A stretch of 64,000 nucleotides of DNA, from positions 57,350,001 through 57,414,000 of the forward strand of contig OX597833.1 of the NCBI GenBank assembly GCA_951406725.2, written 5' to 3'. How positions within the stretch are numbered: the stretch's first letter is position 1; every line of letters starts with the position of its first letter. This document shows, piece after piece, positions 25,111-38,304 of this stretch. The notes below the pieces were generated by a model. The model was not told where the DNA came from. It did not search any database and worked only from the letters and a program-made list of their open reading frames with translations. The translations under genes and the position numbers were made by a program. This stretch comes from Octopus vulgaris (taxonomy: Eukaryota).

Positions 25111-26274
25111 CATACACTCACAAGCCAATGTTATGCAAAGATGAGACTCAACTTGTTTGTGGTGTGATTTATCTAAGTATACTGTATATATTGTCCCTTC
25201 TCTGTTTGTGTTTCAATTTTTATTTTTTCCTTTACCCTCTCCCCCCACCAACCCCACCACACAAGTATCTGGAAAAGGAAGAGGAGGGAGAAGAGGAAGA
25301 GGAGGAGAAGGTGCTACCCCGCCGAAACTAGCCTTTTGTAGTGCGCAACATGGAAAATGTAACTCATATTAGCTTGTGTTTTTAGCCCTAAGCCCGGGGA
25401 AAAATATAAGATAAAATAAAATAAAATAAATAAATAAATACACTACTAAAAAAATAATAAAAGTCGTAATAAACAACATATACACGCGCGCTATAAACAC
25501 TTTAAAACTAACAAATATATATATATAAACACACACACAGAGAAGGGATTTAAAACCATACAAAAGGCTAACAAGTCAAATTCAAAAGTACTGGTAGTTC
25601 AGTTATTTTTCCATCTAGAGATTCTTAAGTCTTGATTTGTTTTACTCTTCAATTTTTTCCCCTTTTTATATTTTTGTTCCTGTTTGCTTTACAAACTATA
25701 GAGACTCGTTCAAAGCAAATGAGACTCATTTCTTATTTGTTTTGAACGTTGACAGTGTTTTTTTTTTCCCCCCCGTTTTAAATATTTTTACTTGCCTGTC
25801 CGTTCTTTCTCCCTACGACTTTTAAAAATCCTTATAATAAAAAAATTTAAATATTTCCTGCATATTTTAGAAGGGAAAAAAACGATAAAAGAAGAAACTA
25901 ATCAGAAATTAAGGCTGAGAAATTCTTTATCACACACATACACCATCGTCGTCGTCTTAACGTTCGTTTTTCCATGCTCGTATGGAGAGGACGGAATTTG
26001 TTGAAACGGATTTTCTTTGGCTGGGTGTCCTTCCTGTCGCCAACCCTAACCGATTTTCAAATAAGGTAATGCATCCCCTTGAACGGACATATTTTTCCAC
26101 AAAAATTTGGAAATGAAGAACATGGCTAGCATCACAGTGACAACTACCATGTGATGTCAAGGCAAGGAAACAGTAACACACACAAACACGACAGGCTTCT
26201 TTCCGTTTCCACCAACCAAATCAAATCACAAGGCAATGGGCAGCCCGGGTCTGTAACAGAAGACAGTCGCCATG

Positions 26275-26441
26275 ATAGATCGTTAGCCACTACACACATT
26301 TTTTTCTTTCCTTGTTTTTTCTGTGTCCCTTCCTGTAGAAGAGCGTAGGCTCGTTCTATTCCTGAGCGTTATACTAATACATCTGTTTGTTTTGTACACC
26401 ACCTGTCTTCGTCTTTTGTTTTTTTTTTCGTAAACTCTCCC
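26275..26441 (+). mobile_element. short Penelope-like terminal fragment (hammerhead-like family), motif partly deleted
   Basis: homologous to 35983-36159 and 42125-42406; CTGTAGA-A-GAGC-GTAG-GCTC-G followed by a deletion. Confidence 0.45.
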
Positions 26442-26454
26442 ATTGAAATACTTT

Positions 26455-26843
26455 CTCTTTTACTTGTTTCAGTCATTTGACTGTGGCCAAGCTGGAGCAC
26501 CGCCTTTTAATCGAGAAAATCGACCCAGGACTTATTCTTTGTAAGCCTAGTACTTATTCTACGAGTCTCTTAGGCCGAACCGCTAAGTTACGGGGATGTA
26601 GACACACCAGCATCGTTTGTCAAGCGATGTTGGGGAGACAAACACAGACACACTAACACACACACATATATGCATATATACAGTGGGCTTTTTTCAGTAT
26701 CCGTCTACTAAATCCACTCACAAGGCTTTGGTCAGCCAGAGGCTATAGCAGAAGACACTTGCCCAAGGTGCCACGCAGTGGGACTGAACCCGGAACCATG
26801 TGGTTCGTAAGCAGGCTACTTACCACACAGCCACTCCTACGCC
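26455..26843 (-). mobile_element. SINE family A, full length
   Basis: reverse complement of the family consensus from tail to head. Confidence 0.88.
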
Positions 26844-27256
26844 TATGTTGTGTGTATATTCTTACAAATTAGTTTCATATGTTGGAAAAATGTCATTATC
26901 AAAAGATAACAGAATGCTTATTGTTCCCCAAAATTGGGACAATAAAATGGTAATCCTGCTCAATTATCTGTATAAGGCTAGTGAGGCAACAGTTTGTCTA
27001 TTCTGGAAAACCTTGAACTGTGGCAATCAACAGGGGTGTGGTTGGAACGTCTTAATGAATGCTGTTGTGGTGTGATGGAGGGATAGCGTGTGTGTGAAGT
27101 ACCTAAAGATGATCAATTGACTTCAATTGTTTGATGGTTTACAGAAATACTAAACGAACATTTAGATCACCCTGTGTATATGTGTATGTATATGATTTGC
27201 ACATGTAGGTCTGACTGTGTGTAGATGCAGATATACAAGAAAAATATATTTAAACA

Positions 27257-27425
27257 GGTGCAGGAGTGGCTGTGTGGTAAGTAGCTTGTTTACCAACCAC
27301 ATGGTTCTGGGTTCAGTCCCACTGCATAGCACCTTGGGCAAGTGTCTTCTACTATAGCCTCGGGCCGACCAATGCCTTGTGAGCGGATTTGGTAGACGGA
27401 AACTGAAAGAAGCCGGTTGTATGTA

Positions 27426-27467
<42 letters not shown>

Positions 27468-27686
27468 CGTGTATGTTTGTGTGTCTGTATTTGTCCCCCT
27501 AGCTTTGCTTGACAACCAATGGTGGTGTGTTTATGTCCCCCGTCACTTAGGGTTCGGCAAAAGAGACCGATAGAATAAGTACTGGGCTTACAAAAGAATA
27601 AGTCCCGGGGGTCGATTTGCTCGACTAAAGGCGATGCCCCAGCATGGCCGCAGTCAAATGAATGAAACAAGTAAAAGAGTAAAGAG
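27257..27686 (+). mobile_element. SINE family A, full length
   Basis: ggtgcaggagtggctgtgtggtaag ... gtaaaagagtaaagag. Confidence 0.88.
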
Positions 27687-28145
27687 AGTGTGTGTATAAA
27701 GTATGCTGAAACACCCCCCCCCACACACACACACACACCCAACACAAATATAAGAATAAAAACAGCTATTTTAAAATTTTTTAATGTTCTTGGCACAAAA
27801 CTGTTCCAGATTTAATTTTGCTTTCTTTCGCCACTTTTAAAGAAGTTTCGTTTTTCTTTTCAATATATTTTTATTCATATTATATTCCTGCATCCAGATT
27901 ATGATTCGTGTTTTTCTCTTTCCTCCTCCTCCCTCTCTAGTCACAGTTACACACATTTCACCGTAACCCTGCACCAGCACCAAACCCCCCACCCCGCCAC
28001 ACGCACTAAATATTCTTGATTCTGACTGAGCACTAGGTCGAAGTTACAATTATTCCATTGTCTAGTTTTTTTTCTTTTTTTTTTGTTCTGCATTTTTTCT
28101 TCAAGAAAACACACTAGCCCAGAGTTTTATTTATATATATATATT

Positions 28146-28507
28146 CTCTACTCTTTTACTTGTTTCAGTCATTTGACTGCGGCCATGCTGGAGCATCGCC
28201 TTTAATCGCGCAACTCAACCCCGGGACTTATTCTTTTGTAAGCCCAGTACTTATTCTATCGGTCTCTTTTGCCGAACCGCTAAGTAACGGGGACGTCAAC
28301 ACACCAGCATTAGTTGTCAAGCGATGTTGGAGGGACAAACACAGACACACACACATATATATTATATATATATATAGTTTCTGTCCACCAAATCCTCTCA
28401 CAAAGCTCTGGCCAGCCTGAGGCTAAGACACTTGTCCGAAGTGCCACGAAGTGGGACTGAACCCAGAACCATGTGGTTGAAAAGCAAGCTTAATTACCAC
28501 ACAGCCA
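28146..28507 (-). mobile_element. SINE family A
   Basis: ctcttttacttgtttcagtcatttgactgcggcc ... accacacagcca. Confidence 0.85.
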
Positions 28508-29136
28508 AGTAGATGATATATTTTCATATACATTGTCTAGTGTTAATGCTTAAGTTTTATAGATCAAGGGTGATTGAATTTAAGAGACAGCAGTCTTCCT
28601 TCTTATAAGAATTATCATCATAATGAAGGCCTAAATTAGAACAAGAAGCTAAAACAACAAGATCGCAAGTTTATTCATTAGAAGCTAACCTCTTCTAGAA
28701 CAGTTTACATTATTAATATATGCATATTCCCACACTTGAGTACAATACACAGACATTTGCACACATGACCTTTCACAGACAGACAATAGATCACAAAGTT
28801 ATATCCAGAAATGAACACAAGGCCATACGCATACATTTTTAGCAAAAGTTTTCAGCCACCAAAACTGTGGAGGTAAAAAAGGGGAAATACTTGCTGAACC
28901 AGACCGTACAGGTCGGTGGGGATTTGTAAAGCTATTTTCCCAGCTGAAACAGCAAAAGTAGCCTTAACTAATAATAATTAGGATAATGATATTAATGATT
29001 TCTTCTATTTGTTACTACGGCAACAGATCAAGGGAACAACAACAACAACAATATCAATAATGTTTTCAAATTTTGGTACAAGGCCAGCAATTTCAGGGGT
29101 GTGGAGTTAATCAATTACATCGACCCCAGTGCATAA

Positions 29137-29580
29137 CAGGCGGCCCGGGTTTGATTCCTGGCATGGGAACGGCATTACTGTTTATGGAAATTGTAGTTGT
29201 GATACCTGTGCCGGTGGCACGTAAAAAGCACCATTCGAACGCGGCCGATGCCAGCGCCGCCTCGACTGGCTTCTGTGCCGGTGGCACGTAAAAAGCACCA
29301 TCTGTACATGGCCGATGCCAGCATTGCCTTCACTGATTTCTGTGCCGGTGGCATGTAAAAAGCACCAACCGATTGTGGCCACTGCCCGTGTGCCAGTGGC
29401 ACGTAAAAAGCACCCACTACACTCACAGAGTGGTTGGTGTTAGGAAGGGCATCCAGCTGTAGAAACACTGCCAGATCAGACTGGAGCCTGGTGCAGCCCC
29501 CTGGCTTCCCAGACCCCGGTCAAACCGTCCAACCCGTGCTAGCACGGAAAACGGGCGTTAAACGATGATGATGATGATGA
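29137..29580 (+). mobile_element. SINE family C, near full length, with tRNA-Glu-like head remnant and four internal hairpin repeats
   Basis: caggcggcccgggtttgattcctggcatgggaa (29137-29169) resembles the tRNA-Glu 3' half; gtgccggtggcacgtaaaaagcacc at 29208, 29275, 29342 and 29390; Meta-like domain; (GAT)n tail. Confidence 0.8.
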
Positions 29581-29882
29581 TTGCTGAAGAAACAAGTTTT
29601 GATCAAAGCCAGAACAACTACCAAATTGAATTATGCAAAATACGGTGGAAGGTGGTTGGGGTGTAAGAACATGAACCCAAATATCAAATAAGCTGAGGTT
29701 TTATACAATAATCTTTCCAGCTGAAACAACAGAAAAGCGTCTCCTAAGCCGAATAAAGAACTCAGTAGCTTTATATTTATTTGTTATTTGTAACTTTATA
29801 TTTATTTATTAATTGTAGTTTTATATTTATGTATTATTTGCAGCTTTATAATTACATATTTTATTAAAATTTGAACATTGCA

Positions 29883-30387
29883 GAGTAGCCGTGTGGTAAG
29901 TAGCTTGTTTACCAGCCACATGGTTCCGGGTTCAGTTCCACTGCGTGGCATCTTGGGCAAGTGTCTTCTACTATAGCCTTGGGCCGACCAATGCCTTGTT
30001 TCAGTCATTTGACTGTGGCCATGCTGGAGCACCATCTTTAGTTGAGCAAATCGACTCCAGGACTTATTCTTTGTAAGCCTAGTACTTATTCTATCGGTCT
30101 CTTTTGCTGAACCGCTAAGTTACGGGGATGTAAACATACCAGCATCGGTTGTCAAGCAGTGTTGGAGGGACAAACACAGACATACAAACACACACACACA
30201 CACATATATATATATACATATATAAGACGGGCTTCTTTCAGTTTCCGTCTACCAAATCCACTCACAAGGCTTTGGTTGGCCCGAGGCTAAAGTAGAAGAC
30301 ACTTGCCGAAGGTGCCATGCAGTGGGACTGAACCCAGAACTATGTGGTTGTTAAGCAAGCTACTTACCACACAGCCACTCCTACGCC
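29883..30387. mobile_element. fused inverted family A SINEs (+ head 29883-29999, - full copy 29995-30387)
   Basis: junction shares the microhomology cttgt. Confidence 0.8.
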
Positions 30388-30569
30388 TACGGTATATGAA
30401 TGAACAAAAGACACTATGCAGGTAATTGCTTGACATGCTAAAGATAACAGCCAAATCACATCCTACTGCCTTGAATAAACCGAGGGCACATGCTGGGGGG
30501 AACTCCAAAAGGAATTTCAGGGAGTAGTATCCCTACTTTCTTGAGCTAGTTTTCCACCACATTTCTTAA

Positions 30570-30835
30570 AAATCATGGTAGAGGCCCTTGGTCTTAGGAC
30601 TACTCCTTGTGCCTAGAAACTGAGGTTGGGGGTAAGGGCATGCTCGCTGTAGAAAATCTAGCTCCCAAAAAAAACCTCATGATTGCAAGGGAGAATGGAC
30701 CCCAGCCAACCCAAAGTTTGGGGTGGGCTACACCTGCCTATTTCGGTTGCTATGGCATTGAGGTAGATCAGGCCACCCCTGTTAACGGGGACAAAACCCG
30801 GATTTAAAATACTGGATGATGATATTGATGATGAC
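30570..30835 (+). mobile_element. probable divergent Meta-like retroposon
   Basis: gtaagggcatgctcgctgtagaaaatc resembles family C aagggcatccagctgtagaaac; ends in gatgatgat. Confidence 0.4.
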
Positions 30836-31188
30836 CTGGAATAATGTACTTTGCTAAAAAAAAAAATTTTTTTTTAATTAAAAAAACCCTTTCCCCGAAA
30901 ATAATTGCTCATGGCATGAATATCTTTGATCCCAGGTCTGCTTAAGAGATGACCCAGTGTTAAATAACAACAACAACAACAACATTGAAACAAGTGTGTG
31001 AACTTTAAATGATGCCCACCTGTTGCAATAATAGAGGGCATAAATTACTCTAACCTGCTTTAATTACAACAGGTATGTATAGTTAAAGGGTGCAGGTGGT
31101 GGGGTGGTTATTGTTGTAAAACATGTTTCACAGCTGTAAAAAAAACAGGATGGCATTTTACAGGAACAATGAATTCGGGGCATACCTG

Positions 31189-31953
31189 TAACCCTTTCAG
31201 CATTCCGATTACCCTGCCAAATGTAATGCTCGTTTATTCAAATTGTCTTGAATTAATAATGCATTATCTCATGCCTTCAAGATTTCGATGCTGTGATTGT
31301 TAAGTTTTAGAATGACATTGTGAGGCAGGTATGACAGGCCAGATCTAGCTGGTTTAAACATAAAATGAGTAGAACATATTTGGGTTTGCTATGGCTGGTT
31401 TTAAGCCTTTAGCGTTCAGGTAACTCTGTCAAATGTAATGCTTAATTATTCACATTATTTATAATTAATCATACATTATCTTGCAACGTCGACGATGTGA
31501 TTTAATCTTTTTACTCCTTTCAGTCATTTGACTGTGGCCATACTGGAGCACCGCCTTTAGTCGAACAAATCGACCTCAGGACTTATTCTCTGTAAGCTTA
31601 GTACTTGCTCTATCAGTCTCTTTTTGCCGAACCACTATGTTATGGTGACATAAACACGCCAACATCGGTTGTCAAGCGATGGTAAAGGACAAACACAGAC
31701 ACACACACACATCGGCTTCTTTCAGTTTTCAAAGTCTACCAAATCCACTCACAAGGCTTTGGTCAACCTGAGGCTATAGTAGAAGACGCTTACCCAAGGT
31801 GCCATGCAGTGGGACTGAACCTGGAGCCATGACGTTGGTAAGCAAGCTACTTCTCACAGCCTATTTTTAGAATGACATTGTGAGATAGGCGTGAGAAGCC
31901 AGATCTGATTAGTTTAAATATAAAACAGGTAGAAAATATTTGGGTCTGATATG
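31189..31953. mobile_element. two tandem P1 MITEs, the second containing a minus-strand family A SINE (31507-31860)
   Basis: taaccctttcagcattcc... and ttaagcctttagcgttcag...; MITE body resumes at 31864. Confidence 0.65.
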
Positions 31954-31955
31954 GA

Positions 31956-32222
31956 CTGACTCCTGTGCAGGTGGCACGTAAAAACACCATTTTGAGCGTA
32001 GCCGTTGCCAGTACCGCCAGACTGGCCCTCGTGCCAGTGGCACGTAAAAGCACCCACTACACTCTCGGAGTGGTTGGCGTTAGGAAGGGCATCCAGCTGT
32101 AGAAACACTCCCAGATCAGATTGGAGCCTGGTGCAGCCATCAGGCTCGCCAGTCCTCAGTCAAAATTGTCCAACCCATGCTAGCATGGAAAGTGGACGTT
32201 AAACGATGACAAGGATGATGAT
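31956..32222 (+). mobile_element. SINE family C
   Basis: gtggcacgtaaaa..cacc repeats, Meta-like domain, gatgatg tail. Confidence 0.8.
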
Positions 32223-32689
32223 ATATATATAACAAGTAAGAGGTAAAATGTAAAAAATTCACAAAAAGACACAACTCAGCCTAATATACATAGATCAGCA
32301 AGTATGCCTATATATCTAACTGTATATCTATTTAACTATACACAAACACACACACACACATGTATACACATACACACTTTAAATTCTCTCTCTCTCTCCA
32401 AGGCCAACATGGAAGACACATATCAAATAAGCAGTAAAAAAAAAAAGCGAAAATATATAGCGAAATAATTATTTTTGTATTTTCTTTTATTAATTTATAT
32501 CTAAATATCTGAAATAACTGAGATAAAATGTTGAATATCATTGATCTCCCTAGGGCTAGTGAAGATTGGTTTAAAATGAAGCCCCTTAAAAAGTTCTTGT
32601 CTTTTTTTTTGAAATTTATTAATGTTTTGCTATAAAATATCCTAGATCATCAGAAATATGAACAAATTTTAAGAAGAGAAGACTGAATT

Positions 32690-33070
32690 GTATATATATA
32701 CATGTATGTATGTGTGTATATATATATATATATGTGTATATATACATGTATGTATGTGTATATATATATATATATATGTGTATATATACATGTATGTATG
32801 TGTATATATATATGTGTATATATACATGTATGTATGTGTATATATATATGTGTATATATACATGTATGTATGTGTATATATGTGTATATACACATGTATG
32901 TATGTATATATATGTGTATATACACATGTATGTATGTATATATATGTGTATATACACATGTATGTATGTATATATATATATGTATATATACATGTATGTA
33001 TGTATATATATATGTGTGTGTGTGTATATATATATATATATAATTTTTATACACACACATACACAACACG
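32690..33070. repeat. (TATG/TA) minisatellite-like array
   Basis: unit tatacatgtatgtatgtgtatatatatgtg. Confidence 0.9.
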
Positions 33071-33147
33071 TGTGTGTATGTTTGTATGTGTGAGTGTGTA
33101 TATTTCATATGCCAAATGTCAGGAGAATTGGCATGTATACACAAATA

Positions 33148-33180
<33 letters not shown>

Positions 33181-33632
33181 ACGGATGGATACACACACAC
33201 ACACACATACAAATTCTCCATTTAAGTTGTTCACACCAGCTATATGATATAAATTGAAATGTGAAACTCGGAGTAGTGACAGATTAAGCCTCAGCTTCAA
33301 ATGTTTAATAAAATTCCATTTATATTTTGTTGAATACTTTCTTCCCTTATTTTGGAAACACACACACATATACACACACATATACACACACACACACATA
33401 CATATATACACACACACATACACACACATGAGTTGGACAAAGAAAAGGGTCGGTGGTGGGGAATCCGAAATACATATTTGCAAAGTTCGTTTATTTGTTG
33501 AACGCTAATGACTCACTCCACCAATACTCAGGAGTTCCTTCGCAACGTAGGATCCGATTTTTCTTACCTGAAGGATCAGGTGTAACAAGAAACTGCGTAG
33601 CAACCAATAAGGTGAATCATCAACAATAAACG

Positions 33633-33666
<34 letters not shown>

Positions 33667-35494
33667 TCTGCAATCCACATGTATGTTTAATTTGTTGCAG
33701 ATGTGTCAGCTCCGGTTTTTTAGAAATGAAATAGGATTTAATTGCTCTAAGATAGAAAAATCTCAGCGGAGAAATGAATGCATATTTAACCAATTCTGTT
33801 TAAAGATGTTATCACCAAAAAGATAATATGAAAAAATACAAATGACCCCACCCAAAATTTTCAAAAAAATCTGCTCATGACACATCAAGTTACAGCCATG
33901 AGGGCTAAAGCAAAATTACAAAATAACACACATGCGTATGTACACACACACACACATACATGCATGTTGTGGAAGGGATTCTTTTACAAGGATTGGTTGC
34001 AGTATTGAGCATGTGTCAAAGAACAATAATAACCCTAAAGGCCCATAAGCGTATCACCCCAAAAGGCAGCGCTTGTATCATCACTGCTTGCGTTTTGTAT
34101 ATATTGGGATTATTTTAACGAGTGATGGCTGCATTTAACACAAAGGACGTCACACAGTTATCAGAGAAGAGATGGCAGAGATGGGTTTGGGTGAGGGGGG
34201 GGTAATTAGAAAAGGAGGGGAGGTAATTAGAATGAGATAGAGAGCCAAAGTATGGCTATTGGGTTAGCTTTGAGATTGTACAATAACAGGAAGCATCTGG
34301 AGAGAGAGAGCATCTGTGTGATTAGGTGACTTGTCAAAAGTAACAACCAAATTCCTTCTAAAACACACCCTATCGGTTTTTAAAAAGGAAGGACACTCCG
34401 GGTAATGCAGACCCAGAGCATACTGTGGCTAAATAAAATATAGATGAGCTAGTTAGGCTTTTTGATCCATAGGTCTGCTGGATCAAAGGTGATTGGGAGT
34501 AAACCAAGAACTTGCAGGAAACATCAACCAAACCTGAATATTAGTGGAGCGGGCTCCTCTTCTAAAGCAGTACCCAAGGAGTAGGTTGGTGGGTGTTTAA
34601 ACAGGGTGATAAAGTAAGTCAATTACCAAAGTATACAAAAGTAGAATTTGAACCCAGAATGAAAAGAGCTGGTGTTATAAATGCCATAAAGCCCTCACTG
34701 TGGTGCTCTAATGATTTTATTTGATTGACCCCCCCATAAGTGTGAAAGGCAAAGTTAACCTCAGTTTAGATGTTTCATGGCTGGTAGAGAGAGAGTGTGT
34801 GAAAGTCGTTTAACTAATCTTGTTGGCTTAGTCTACCTAAGTGTAAAAATAAAAAAAAAGTGCGCATGTAAGAGTTTGCATTAGTGTATAAGATTAATTC
34901 CCTGAATAATTAATCCATCAGTACATTGTTAACTTACACTGCAAGAGTTAAAATCCACTCAAGTGTAAAACTAACAAACCAGCAAGTGATCCTATTTGTA
35001 GCTGTTGCCTGGCTTACTAGAAATAGTAGTCAAACCTCTCCTCAAGCCTCAAAGTCAATTTGGTAAAAAAAAAAAATCAGAAAAAGCAAAAAAAAACAAC
35101 CCCAAATCAGTTATGTAGTTCTAGATGTACTATACCAGGAAACAAGATTTGGATGGCTATGTCATGGTTGAAGAGGCTTTGGTCACATGTCTTGCTCTAG
35201 CCAGCCTGACCTGGAGTTAAACAACAGCAACTAAAGCACTGAATGAATAATTCATCAGAGCATTATCCATGGAGTAAAAAAAAAACTATTCATGTGTTTC
35301 ACTAACAATGGACTGACATTTTCTTCACCTGCCAAATGCATGAAAAAAAAAAAAACCTTACATGATGCTAATTAAACCATGACAAGCTCATGCACCATTA
35401 GTGTGGGTGGTGATGGAGGAGGTGTTGTCTTCATTCATGCTTATTTCCATGACAGTACTCATAAGACTTCATATGGTGTGCAGCAGAGATATTT

Positions 35495-35910
35495 ATCTTT
35501 TACTTGTTTCTGTCGTTAGACTGTGGCTATGCTGGGGCATCACCTCGAGGAATTTCAACCAAATGAATCGACCCCGCCCCCAGTACTTTTGTTTTTTTAA
35601 AGCCCGGTGCTTATTCAGTTGGGTTCTTTTGGTGAACCGCCAAGTTATGGGGACGTAAACAAACCAGCGCTGGTTGTCAAGGGGTGGTGGTGGTGGTTGG
35701 GACAAACCCACACGCAAAGACACAGATAGGTATGTGTATATGTACACACACACATACGATGGGCTTCTTTCAGTTTCTGTCTACCAATTCCACTCACAAG
35801 TCTTTGGTTAGCCCAAGGCTAAAGGAGAATACATTTGCCCAAGGTGTCCTGCAGTGGGACTGAACCCAGAACCATGTTGTTGGTGAGCAAGATTCTTACC
35901 ATACTGCTAC
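35495..35910 (-). mobile_element. diverged SINE family A
   Basis: cttttacttgtttc ... gggcttctttcagtttc ... gggactgaacccagaacc. Confidence 0.7.
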
Positions 35911-35918
35911 ATCTGCCC

Positions 35919-35977
<59 letters not shown>

Positions 35978-35982
35978 CATAC

Positions 35983-36159
35983 AGATTGTTAGCCACTACA
36001 CACATTTTTTTCTCTCCTTGTTTTTTTTCTGTGTCCCTTTCTGTAGAAGAGCATAGGCTCAAAACGTAAAAGACTTTCTATTCCTGAGCGTTATACTAAA
36101 ACATCTGTTTGTTTTGTACACCACCTGTCTTCGTCTTTTGTTTTTTCATAAACTCTCCC
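35983..36159 (+). mobile_element. short Penelope-like terminal fragment with degenerate hammerhead-like motif (36037-36072)
   Basis: cttt-CTGTAGA-A-GAGC-ATAG-GCTC-AAAAC-GTA-aaag, embedded in (TA)n. Confidence 0.5.
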
Positions 36160-36270
36160 TATATATATATATATAATAACTATTATTTGAGAGAATATTA
36201 ATCCTTACAGGGAAAAAAATTCAATTTAGGAATACTAAATCAAATCTCATCCAATATAATATATATAAAA

Positions 36271-36565
36271 AATTAAAAAGAACCACCTTTTATCAATTCA
36301 AAATGAACAATTAAATTACACCATCTAGAAAATTACATAAAATAGAAATATTAAAATAACAATAAAATATCAATGATTAAGTAATTTGCAAAAAAATGAT
36401 AAAATATATTCTACCAATTATATATGTTTTTATTATCTTTTTGCAATTTACTTAATCATTGGTATTTTTGGTATTTTATTGTTATTTTAATATTTCTATT
36501 CCATGTAATTTTCCAGATGGTGTAATTTAATTGTTCATTTTGAATTGATAAAAGGTGGTTCTTTC

Positions 36566-36570
<5 letters not shown>
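36271..36570. repeat. ~300-bp AT-rich foldback palindrome
   Basis: aagaaccaccttttatcaattcaaaatgaacaattaaattacaccatct... / ...agatggtgtaatttaattgttcattttgaattgataaaaggtggttcttt. Confidence 0.9.
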
Positions 36571-36624
<54 letters not shown>

Positions 36625-38304
36625 CCAAAGAGGGTACGGGTGCGACTATATATATTATATGTAGAAAAATACAAACTGGGACAAGAACGTAAAACATTTA
36701 GAAGACGATACAAAAAACACGGACGGGACATTCGAAGCCTTCGATCTTCAGTCAAGAACCAGATCATCCTCACAATTTCGGCTATATATATATATATATA
36801 TATATATCTGTACGTTTGTATGTATGTATGTATATTTGTAAATCTTCATTCTTATCTAAGTCCGTCTTGTTTCAGAGAAATTTATCAAATACTAGTGTCA
36901 TATGAGAGAGAAGGGGGAAGGGAAAGGGAGACTGACCTTATTTATTCTTCAATCTATCTACTGAGTGGCAGAGGTTTCTATTTCTTTTGGAATGTCTACT
37001 TTTAACACTGAAGAACTAACGCACGCATGCACATTCTCAAGACCTACCCACCCACCCTGTAGTAAATTACGTGACATAGTTTATTGACAACAGATCTCCA
37101 TCAAGACCACACCTCAGTGTCAGAAAGCTTCTGTCACCAGCAACAAATCAACATCACAACCACCACCGTCGCCACTTCCATCACGAACCCCCCCAATCTG
37201 GAGGATACAGAACAAAGAGAGAGAGGGGGGAAAAGAGAGAAAGAAGACAGAGAGAAAGAAGAGAAGAGTTATGAAAAAGATTTTATTATTGCTATTAGAT
37301 ATGGCTGATAATTTATATTATTACTATTGACATTATTTATGGTTAGCCCTGAGTTAGCCTCACCCAAATGGAAAAAGATTAGAAACAATCAAGCCACGAC
37401 TATCACCATTGAGTGAATTTTTTTGTCTCTCTTTTTGTTTTCAGGAAGAGTATACCCTGGATTACATTATCCAATGTGTCTGTTTCTTTCAATAAAAAAA
37501 AAAAACAAAAAAATGGCAAAGCATCGTTTGAGGAAGCTTTGGCGTGTTGGCTATTTCTAGCAAGTTGAGTAATAACAATAAAGAGACATCCCACATGTGA
37601 CCACCACCACCACCTCACTGCTGCTTGGTCATAATCTTGTCAAGTTCAGCAGAGCCCACTGTGCTGCAAGTGTTGGATCAAGTCTCCAGTCTTAACATAA
37701 CCCACAAATCATTGACTCTTCCTGTCTTTAATCACTGATCAAAATCACAGATGGTCTGAAAATAAATGTTTTGCTTGTTTATTCAGTTATTCATCGATTT
37801 ATTTGTATCATAGCATAACTACTACTTCTTCTTCTTGTTTCTTTTTAGACCCAGGTCAGATCTGATTCAACAGAGTTATGATCAAAGGCATTCCAGCTGT
37901 GACCATTCCATTTTTTACCCTACGGTGCAGTAAACCTTAGTATCACATTATTCAACATATCCAAATCCTCTACGAACAGTAACCCAAGAGAGATCCAAGC
38001 TGCTCCTTAGCAGATCTTGAGATACTTAACCCTTTCGCTGATCATATTTCTAATTAAATACATGGCCCATCTGTTTAATACAATTTTTAAAAATAATCAA
38101 TATCTTGGATGGATTTTGTAAAATAACCGTCATTATATTAAGCTGGTGCTTGGAATATAATTTAAATGTTATCCTGCCGAAAGCACACTGGCAGCTTGAA
38201 ATAAATTCAGTTTGCAATAACACATAATGTATGACTTTTCTTTTTCTCTCTTTTACTTTTTGCTGCTATTTCTTGCAGATCAACTGACTCCCAGAGTAAC
38301 ATCC

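Noticed and set aside
29208-29415. CRISPR-like look: 25-bp hairpin direct repeats with ~42-bp spacers
   Set aside because: The spacers resemble each other, there are no cas genes, the context is eukaryotic, and the unit is internal to a dispersed SINE.
36700-36783. Second hammerhead candidate (minus strand CTGAAGA-TCGAAGGCTTC-GAAT-GTC; homologue near 21210-21235)
   Set aside because: GAAT replaces GAAA and no stem I can be formed; kept only as an unclassified TA-embedded insert.
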